DNA of 64,000 nucleotides from positions 22,425 through 86,424 of the forward strand of contig CALXVH010000002.1 in the NCBI GenBank assembly GCA_944391965.1, written 5' to 3'. Of this stretch, positions 39,096-49,400 are shown one piece after another (position 1 is the first letter of the stretch; every line of letters begins with the position of its first letter). Under the pieces are notes generated by a model, which worked only from the letters and a program-made list of their open reading frames with translations, had not been told where the DNA came from and made no database searches. This stretch comes from an uncultured Clostridia bacterium. GTDB taxonomy: Bacteria > Bacillota > Clostridia > TANB77 > CAG-508. A program made the position numbers and the translations under genes.

Positions 39096-40174
39096 TATTT
39101 TTTACCTCCTTTTTTCTTATTTGCTTTTTTGTTATTCTTTTTTTCTTGTTTTTGTTCTCTCTTTTCAATCTTTTCTTGTTGCTTTTTCTCTTCTTGTTGT
39201 CTTTTTTCTTCCGCTATTTGTTTTGCCTTTTCTTCTTTTTCCTTCTCATTTTTCTTAATTAAATCCATGAATGCCTCTTCCAAAGTAATCTCTGGTTTCT
39301 TAAGCTCAAATATTGTAATATTTTCTTTAGCTAAATCTGAGAATATTGTCTTTCTAATATCATAATCCTTTTCTGGAATTATTCTATATTCTTTAGTATT
39401 ATCATCATTTTTCTTTATCAAATCTATTTTCTTTGCGCCTTTTATTTCTATATTTTCCATCTTGTTATTTGCATCTTCTACAATTATATTTATCGCATCT
39501 TCAACATTTACGGTATCTTCTAGGTGTTCTGGTGAATCTACTGCAACTATTTGTCCTTTATTTATTATTATTACTTTTTCACATATTTGACTTATTTCAG
39601 ACAATATATGTGAACTTATTATTAAAGTATGATTTTTTCCTAGCTTTTTTATTAAGTTTCTTATTTCTATTATTTGCTTTGGATCTAAACCTACCGTTGG
39701 TTCATCTAATATTATTATTTCCGGATTACCTACTAATGCTCCTGCCATACTAACACGTTGTTTATATCCTTTTGATAAGTTTCTTATAAGAACCTTTTTT
39801 ACATTTTGAAGCCAAGTATCTTGTATAGCTTGTTCTACGCTCTCTTTAATTTGCTCTCTTTTTACGCCTTTAAGTTCTGCCATGTATGTAATAAATTCTT
39901 TTACTGTCATATCTTTGTACAAAGGAACTCCCTCTGGCATATATCCTATGCATTTTTTTGCCTTTTTTGGCTTTTTTGAAATGTTATAACCATTAATTAT
40001 AACTTCTCCTTCTGTTGGCTCAATAAAACCAGTTAAAATATTCATCGTTGTACTTTTTCCTGCTCCGTTTGGTCCTAAAAGACCTATTATCTCACCATCA
40101 TTAATTTCGAAGCTAATGTTATCTACGGCTTTGAACTTTCCATACTTTTTTGTAACGTTTTTTACAGTTATCAC
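39095..40174 (-). CDS. ABC transporter ATP-binding protein with a K/E-rich C-terminal tail
   Basis: Walker A GPNGAGKST, signature LSKGYKQR and Walker B IIILDEPT. The C-terminal 60 aa form a KEKEEKAKQ... low-complexity tail. Confidence 0.85.
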   Translation of the reverse strand: MITVKNVTKKYGKFKAVDNISFEINDGEIIGLLGPNGAGKSTTMNILTGFIEPTEGEVIINGYNISKKPKKAKKCIGYMPEGVPLYKDMTVKEFITYMAELKGVKREQIKESVEQAIQDTWLQNVKKVLIRNLSKGYKQRVSMAGALVGNPEIIILDEPTVGLDPKQIIEIRNLIKKLGKNHTLIISSHILSEISQICEKVIIINKGQIVAVDSPEHLEDTVNVEDAINIIVEDANNKMENIEIKGAKKIDLIKKNDDNTKEYRIIPEKDYDIRKTIFSDLAKENITIFELKKPEITLEEAFMDLIKKNEKEKEEKAKQIAEEKRQQEEKKQQEKIEKREQKQEKKNNKKANKKKGGKK

Positions 40175-40401
40175 CGATTTTTCCTCCTTTTACAAATATA
40201 CGTAAATATTATCACTTAAGATTTTAAATTTCAATATTATTTATAATAATAGCTTTTGTTTCACAGAAAATTTACATTTTGTAAACATTTTGAACTTTAG
40301 GGACGGAGCTTAAAGTTCTCTTTGTTTACAGAATACCTAATTAAATAAGAAAATTCCTGAAATCCCCAATTTCTTTTACTGTATAATTATGGAAATAATA
40401 T

Positions 40402-40435
40402 AAAAAGGAATCTATAGTATTTAACTATGATTCCC
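40402..40435 (-). terminator. Rho-independent terminator after the giant adhesin gene
   Basis: On the minus strand: gggaatc-atag ... ctat-a-gattcc followed by TTTTT. Confidence 0.55.
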
Positions 40436-40442
40436 TTTACTT

Positions 40443-43400
40443 TTATTTCTTATTTATTTTTTTCTTTTGTCTCTTTGTTAATACTACTGCATATCTTAAT
40501 GTTACTGTCTCTAATCCTACTAATCCTACTAATGCAATTATTAACCCTATTGGTAATTCTCCAGTTTCTACACTTATGATTACATTTGCATTTGCTGTAT
40601 TATCTTTATCATTGTTATCTACAAATCCTGGTACATTTCCTGTTCCTACTAATTTTACTTCATTAGTCTTTTCTCCCATGTTCTCTCCAGTTTGTTCCCA
40701 GTTTAATAATACTGTATATTCTTTTGTTTCTCCTGCTCCTAGCTCTGGTATTACTTTTATTAATTTTCCTTCTTGTTCTTCCCATGTTCCGTCATTATTT
40801 GCTAGTCTCATTCCTTCTGGAATGTTTTCTTCTATTGTTGCGTTTCCGCTTACTTCTCCTGTGTTACTTACTTTTATCTTGTATTCTACTTGTACACTTG
40901 TTTCTTCTGTACTCTTTCTGTAGATTTCCACTTTCTCTATTTTTCCATTTGTAGGTTCTCTTCTTTCTCCATTTACTATTATTCCTGTTATTTCTTTGTC
41001 TACTCCTATGTTAAATGGTTTAGCTTCGTAATAATAATATAATTCTATTGTATTATTTACTACATCGTTTCCTTCTTCATCTTTTACGATTTCTACTTTC
41101 ATTTTACCTTGTTCTTCTTGTGGCTTCTCGATTAATGTATAATACTCGAATTCTTTTGCTGTTGCTGTATAATCGTCATCTTTTTGTCCTTCTATTAATA
41201 CTTGGCTATTTTGTAATTCACCTGTTTCTGGATTTGTTTCTTCTATTTCTTTTCCTGTTGCTTTTTCCACATAGTGTACTATTACTTTTGCTGGTTGATT
41301 ATAGTAATAGTTTACTACTATTTTTTCTTCTGTCATTGTTCCTATTGAGTTTGTTGGTAACATACTGTTTCCCTCTTCATCTACTGTTACTACTTGATAG
41401 CTTAGGAAATCTTTTGAAGGTATATTGTATTCATCTCCTATATGTCCTTGGTGTAACGTTGGCTCTTCTAATTCTTCTCCTGTTCTTAAGTCTATATGAT
41501 GTTCTTCTACTCCAGCAGATTTCTTAGCATAATAATATGTTACGATTGTTCTATTGTTTGTTATATTTCCTTGTTCATCTGTTTCGACTATCATTGTGCC
41601 TTCTTTATTGCCTTGAATTTCTATCATGTCATATCCATCGAAAACTTTTTCCTCGGTAGTATAACTATCACCTTCGTGTTTTGTATCATCAACTACTTGG
41701 TCTGCTAATGGTTCTCCTGTTAATTTATCTATGTAGTTTACTTCTAACACTGCTTTTTTAATGTAATAGTAATTTACTGTTACAAGTTCTTCTCCCATTG
41801 TTCCTTCTGCATTTTCTGGAAGTTTGCTTTCTACTAAGTCATATCCTTCAAATTCTTTGCTTGGTATGTCGTAGTCTTCTCCTACTTGTACATCATGGCT
41901 TTCTGTATATAACACTTTTCCTGTCTTATCATCTATGTGGTTTTCTATTAATCCTGTATATACTGGTTCATAGTAGTAGATTAGTGTTTGTTCTTCTTTT
42001 GTCATCTCTATTGTTGTCTTTTCTGGGCTTTCTACTAATTTGTATCCCACAAAGTCTTTTGAATTTGTTACAAATTTATCTCCTACTAGTCCTTCTTTTA
42101 CTGTTGGCTCTTCTAAGTCTTTTACTATTTCGTGTGTTTCTGGATTTCTTTCCACATATCTTACTGTTGCTTTTGTATTTTGTAGATAATAGTATGTTAC
42201 TGTTATATCTTGTAATGTCATATTTCCTGTTTTGTTACCACTGTCACTAACTAAAGTATATGTTTTTCCGTCTTTCTCAATTGTTTCTTTTCTGTGGTCT
42301 GTATCTGTATTGTAACTATCATCTACATATCCTGTTATTTGCTCTTGACTGCTTAATACAACATTATTGCTGTCATCTGTATCTTCATCTTTCTCTAAGT
42401 AATTTATTAATACTTTTGCTGGTTTTAATCTGTAATAATATATTACTTCTTGTGGCTTCTCTTCGTTGTATTTTTCTATTGTTCCTGTAGCATTTGCTGG
42501 TAATTTTTCTGCTACAAGTTCGTATTTTTCATTTATATTAGTTGCTGCTTCTGTTTCATATGATGTTCCTTCTTTTCCTTCTATTACTACATCTGCTATT
42601 TCTGTTCCATTTGCATCTGGAACTCTTGTTGTTGTAGTACTTCCATCTGTATTCATTATGTAATGATGTACTGTTACTTTTCCATATTTATTTGTGTTTG
42701 TTACTGTCTTATCTATAACTATGCTGTCATAGTATCTTAAATCTCCTTCTGTCTTTTCTTCTTCTGTTAATGTATATACTATTTCTTGTTTATTTTCATC
42801 ATATTTTGGTAAGTTCTCGAATATATCATTCCATTTATTTGGATTTGTGCTATCTTGTGTTGTTGTACTTCCTGCTGTTCCTGGTTTTGCTACTTCTTTT
42901 GTATATTCGCTTCCATCACTTCCATGTAGTTTGAATACTACTTTTGTAGGACGTTGTCCAAGTTTGTTTGAGTCATCTTCCCAAACTTTACTTACTGGTA
43001 TATTTACTGTAAATCCAGTTGTTGTAGTTGCATTTGCTGTTACTTCATCACTTGTCATAACTGGTGTTTCGTATTCTATATGTCCTGTAACAACATTTTT
43101 TATACTTACTACATCTGGGCTTACATCTTTATATACTACTTTTATTGTTTTATTTACTGTTATTTCTTTTTCTTCTGTAATTTGTATATTTTCTACAGGT
43201 TCTTCCCATGTTATTGTTTGTGCCTGTGCATCATATGTTCCTCCTGCTAAATCTGATCTAGCTTCATCTATTGCATATGGTAATGTATCTATTAATTTTA
43301 CTGTTGCTCTTCCACTATAGTCTGTTATCCTTGCTGTGTAATTAATATTATATGTTATTTCACCATTTAGACTATCTATTGTTGCTGTTCCATTTTTACT

Positions 43401-46400
43401 TATGCTTTGCTCCTCTTTTGGTTCTACATATGTATGCTCTGGCTCTTCTGGAACTTTCTTGTCTTCTCCATTTTGATTTATATATGCTGTATTCTTTATC
43501 TTTGTTCCATCTATTAATTTGTTTACTGTTACTTTAAACTCTACTACTTTTTCTGCTCCTACTCCAATTGTTACATTTATTCCGTTTTGTAAGTCTGTTG
43601 CTGTTTTTGTGCTGTCTGCAACATTGTCTATCTTTACTGAACCTTCTACAAATGTTGTTCCTGTTGGGACTGTATCTTTTATTATTGCTGTTCCTTCTCT
43701 TGTTCCGTCATTTCTTACTCTTATTCTGTATGTTATTTCGTCCCCAAAGCGTACTTTACTTCCACTTGCTGGGTCTGATTCTTTATGTGCTGTTATATTT
43801 GCTTTTGTTACATTTGTTGTTACTTCATTTGTTGGCTCATTATCTACTGTTGCTTGGTTTGTTAATGTCTTACTGTATTCATTACTTGCTAATGTATCTA
43901 CTTTTCCTGCAAATACTACATCTATACTTCCATTTGCTGGTACCTCTACTGGTATTCCATTCTTTAAGTTTTGTTCTGTGTAAACTGTTCCTGTTTCTCC
44001 TACTTTTATTAATGTATCTTTATCAAATGTTATTCCTGCTGGCAATGTATCTCTTACTGTTACTGTTTTTGCTAGGTTTCCTTCATTTTTTATTCTTACT
44101 GTATATGTTACTTTTTCTCCTTCTATTGCTTCTGTTTTATCTACCAATTTTTCACTGCTAATTATCGCTTTATATATTGTACTTTCTTGGCTTCCTGTTA
44201 CTTCTTCACTTGTTTTCTCCGGTGTTAATAACTTAATATTTCCTTTTACATTATTAACAACTTTTTCTTGGTTCATATCTAAATCTACATATACTACTTT
44301 AAATGTCTTTGTAACATTTACTGTTCCATTACCTGTATAACTATTTATGTCTGATACGTTCTCTTTCCATGTAATTGTCTTGCTAGCTGAATCATATGTT
44401 CCACCTGCTAAATCTGATTTTGCCTCATCTATTGCATATGGAAGTGTATCTACGATTGTTACTTCTGCATTTCCTATATAGTCTGTTACATTTGCTGTAT
44501 ATGTTACAGTATAACTCATTTCTTGATTTGCTACTGTTATTCTGTCTGTTCCTGTTTTTGTTATGTTATTTGTCACACTTGGTGTTTTTAGCCTGTAGTA
44601 ATATATTACTACTATTTGGTCTTCTGTCATCGTTCCTGTTGCATTTGTTGGAGTTGTTACTAACTCATAATTTTGTGGAATATCTGTTGCTACTTGTGTT
44701 GTATAACTATCTCCTACTTTTCCATTTATTGTTACATCATTACTTAATTTTTCTGTTGTATTTTCTTTATAGTGGTGTACTAGTACTGATGTTGCTTTTA
44801 ATTTGTAGTAATATATTACTTCTATTGTATCTTTTGTCATAGTTCCACTAGCATTTGTTGGTGTAGATATAAGTTCATACATACTATTTACGTTATCTGC
44901 TGGTTTAGTTGCATAAATATCTCCAACAACTCCTGTTTGTGTAACATCATCTGCTGTTCCACCATCTTGTAATGGAACTTTATCTGTTGTTCCTTCTATA
45001 TAGTAGTGAACGATTACTTTGGCTGGTATTTTTTCAAATTCTACTACTACATGTTTATCTTCTGTCATATCAGTAAATTTATTTAAAATTACTGTTCCAT
45101 CATCTTCTGCTGTAAATTCTATAGATTCTCCATTTATTAGTATTTGTTTTACTTGATAATTTTCGTCAGGTACTGCAACTATATCATTTTGTGAATCTTC
45201 TCCATATATAACTGTTTCATATGGATTTTGATTTTGTCCAGATATAGTTCCTCCTGCTACATCTACCTCTTCTCCCATTTCGTTTGTTTCTTTATGGGTT
45301 TGTACAGCAGTTGTTACTTCTACTTTTTTAGCTTTATAGTAATATGTTACTACAACTCCATCTTTAGTATATATTCCATTTGCATTTTCAGGAGTTATAG
45401 AAAGTTCATATTTAGGATTTAATTCTTCTGGTGTTAATGCTACTGTTGTGTATTCTGTTCCTATTTCTCCTTTAGTTATTACATCTTGTGCAAGTTCGCC
45501 TGATGCTAGTGGTACTTGTTCGTTTGTACCTTCAATATAATGGTGTACAGTTAATGGAACTTGTTTTTTAACATAATAATATGTAATAACTTGTTCTTCT
45601 TGTTTAAATGTTCCACTTGCGTTATCAGGAATTACATATTCTCCATCTACTTGTTTTAATTCATATTCTTCTAAATCCATATGTGGAGCTGTTGTATAGC
45701 TTTCACCAATTGTTCCTGCAATGTGTTCATCTTCTGCAACTTTTGTTTGTGTACCATCTATATAATGATGTACTAAAACACTTGAAGCAGTATTACTGAA
45801 TGTTACTACTATATGTTTATTTGTTTGCATATTTGTAAATTGTGGCATTGTGAATGACCCATCTTCAGCTGGTGTAAATTCATAATTTTCACCATTTACA
45901 GTTATCTTAACAATCTTGTAATTCTCATCTGGTACAATCTTAATTTCTTTTGTACTGTCTTTTCCATATTCAACTGTCTCGTATGGTGCTTCATCTTCAC
46001 CTGTGATTGTTCCACCTTTTACTCCATCCACTTCTTCTATATCTGTAGTTATTTGGAATTTCTTTAAATTATTTTCTATTGTTATTTCTGATGATTCTGG
46101 AACTTCTGGCGCTGTAATAATTTCTCCATAGTTAAATACAAATCCATCAGAATATTTAGATAAGCTTGCTCCTTGTGAATCTGCTGTATCTCCTTTTACT
46201 GTAGTACTATTAAAATATCCAACTGCAACAAATTCATTTTCATCTCTTTCTGCAACTCCTGTTACTTCGTCTAAATTATCACCTGTTACTTGTTTATACC
46301 ATGCTTGGTTTCCGTCAGAATCATATTTTATTACAAATCCATCAGAGTCACCAGAAATACTAGGTATTTCCCATGTTGTTTCTTCTTGGTTAAAGTCAAC

Positions 46401-49400
46401 TTGGCTACTATATGTATAACCACCTATCATATATCCACCATCTGTAGTTTTAGTTACACTTGTTAATACTTCATCCAATGTTCCTCTTATAAATTTGCTA
46501 CTATTAATTGTACTAGAGTTTATATCATATTCTATAATTATTCCGTCATAATTACCTTTTGTTTTTACTGTTTGTGCTGTTCCTGTGTAATTACCTACAA
46601 TTATAGCTTTTCCATTATCTAATCTTGCAACTGCATTTGCATTAAAGTCTAGTTCGCTTCCTGCAGTTACACTACCATTTGAGTATAAATCTATTCTACC
46701 TGTAGTTGTATCTGTTAATCCTTGGCTTACTATTATGACATCTTGGCTATTATATCCATCCATATCTGAAATTTGTACATTTGCACTTATTGTTGTTTCA
46801 CCATTTATGCTTCCATCTGTATTAGTATACTCTATAACTTTTGGATTTTCGCCAGTTGTAACACCTGCAACGATATTTCCTTCCAATTTTTGTGTTAATG
46901 CTGTTACATCATAATCTAATCCTTCTTGTGCAACTTCTTTAGCCCATTCATAACTTCCACTACTACTTAGTTTTATTACTATACCTTTTAAGTCGTTTGT
47001 AGTATTTGTTAAACCTGTACTTACTTCTCCTACTTGTAAATTTGTACCTGTAAAGCTTCCTCCTACTACATAACCACCATCATTTGTTTGAATTACTTTA
47101 TGTAATATAACTTCTCCTGATTCTGTATATACAGAATTTGCAATTTCCATATTACCTTCTTTGCTATATTTTGCAATAAAGCCAGAATAATATGAATCGT
47201 TTCCTTTTACATCTGCTAATCCATCATTGTTTAAATCAGCTTCTTTTGTAAAATATCCACTTGTTACAAATCCGTTATCTGTAGTTGATTCTACAGCTTC
47301 TACTTTATTCCACAAATCTCCTGCAACACTTGTATTAAATGATGTTCCAAATTCTGTTTCTTGTGCTTTACTTGCACCAATACCAAAATAATATGTTCTA
47401 TCTGCTTCATTTTCTGCAAGTTCGTAGCCTTCTGGTGCTTCTATTTCGGTTGCTTTATATAACCCTGCTTTTAACCCATAAGAAATTTCACCATTTTCGT
47501 CTGTTTTTACTACTGGGATTTGTGTATTCATTCCTTCTAGTTTTATATTTTTTACAAAACCAGAATCTAAACCTTCACTGTTAGAACCATCTGTTCTGTA
47601 TGTAAATGCAATTTTATATGTGCCTGCTTCTAATTCTTCTGTTACAGTTTCGAAACTTAAGTCGTTATAATCTGTAATAGAAGAATTTCCACCAATTTTA
47701 GTTGATGTTCCTCCTATTGTAGAATTATCCTTTGTATTTGTAATTGTATAATATACATAATCATAACTTGCACTTTCTGAAGATACTGCCCATTCAAAGC
47801 TAATATTTCCGTCTTTTTCTAGTGTAAATTCTTTTGATGTCATTGTACTTGTTTTGCTTGTTAGGCCAGAAATTCCACTTTGATATGTTCCATCCTCTAA
47901 CTTAGACCATGGATATGTTTCCTCATCTAATGGGAATGTAATACTACCTGCTCCAACGTTTTCTTCTAATGTACCTACAACATTTCCATTAATATCTTTT
48001 GCAAATCCTAATTCATTATAATTTTCATCTATTTCTTTTATAACAAATTTAGCATTTTGAATTGGAAGTTTTGTTGCCCCATCTATTTTTGTTATTTTAA
48101 ATAATGGCTCATCTTCGAATTCTAAGTTTATAGTATTATCTTGTACACTACTATTACGTAAGAAATTGTCTCCTAATACTTCTAATTCTAAAGCTCCTTC
48201 TGTATTTCTTTTTACTCTAAATTGTAGTTCTCTAGAATCTAGCGCATATCCTTCTGGTGGAGTAATTTCTTGAAGTGTATATACTCCAGTAATGTTCTTT
48301 CCTTCTACATATTCGTAAAGGTTTGGAATTGTGAGTATTCCTGTATCATCTGTTGTATATGTTGCTCCTTTTTCGTCAATTCCTTCGCCTGTTATTTTAT
48401 ATTGTGCACCTTTTAATGTTGTGTCTTCTTCTTTTGCAAATTTCTTTACAGTAACTTGGTATGTAGGTATTTTTTCGTTTGTAAGTTCTGCTGTTACAGT
48501 ATCTTGTGCATCTAACCCTGTTACACCTGTTCCTGTTGTAACTTGTGAAGTACTATTAAAGCTTCCACTTGTAACTACAAACTCTAATTTTCCAGAATTA
48601 TTTACAACTTTAAATTTAACTGGTGTTTCGTTTACATAGTAATCTTTAGCCTCTGTTTCTGTTAATGTATATTCTACATCATGAGAAAGTCCTGTTAATG
48701 TTAAAGTTCCTTCTTTATTTGTTGCAACTGTAATACCATTTCCTAGTCCTTCTCCCTCTAGCTTATACTTTACACCTGCTAAAAGACTGCTATCTGCACC
48801 ATCTTTTTTAGTTAAAATAACTTTATATTTTGGTGTATTTTCTACTTTAAAGTTTAGTATTCCTCTAGAGTCTGCTGTTGCTTGTGTAATGCTATATTCT
48901 TTTAAAGAATCTTGACCTTCTAGAATTTGTAATACTAACTTATCATCTTGTACTGTTACTTTGAATTTAACTTCTGTTTCGTTCTTTTCGTATGAACCTG
49001 GTGTACGAATTTCTTTTAATATATATGTTTTATCAACAAATAAATTTTGAATTGTAAATGTTCCAGAATTATTTGTTGTTCCTAGTTTTGTTTCATCTTC
49101 GCCTTCTGCTGTTATACTAAATGTTGCTCCTTGTACAGGTACTGTAGTATCTTCTTTTACCTTTTGCATATTGAAATGATATTTTCTTTCTATTCTAAAT
49201 CCTAGTTTTGTTGTTTCTGTTTGTGTTTTAAATTTTCCTTCTGCTGTATCTAGGCAGAAATATACTGCGTGTGCACTATATGAAACATCATTATAGCTTA
49301 CTGTACTTGGTACTTTTATTTGATATGTAAATACTCTATTTTCTTTTACATTTAGTACATAATCGCCTAAATCAATTAGATATGTTTTTACTTTAGAAAA

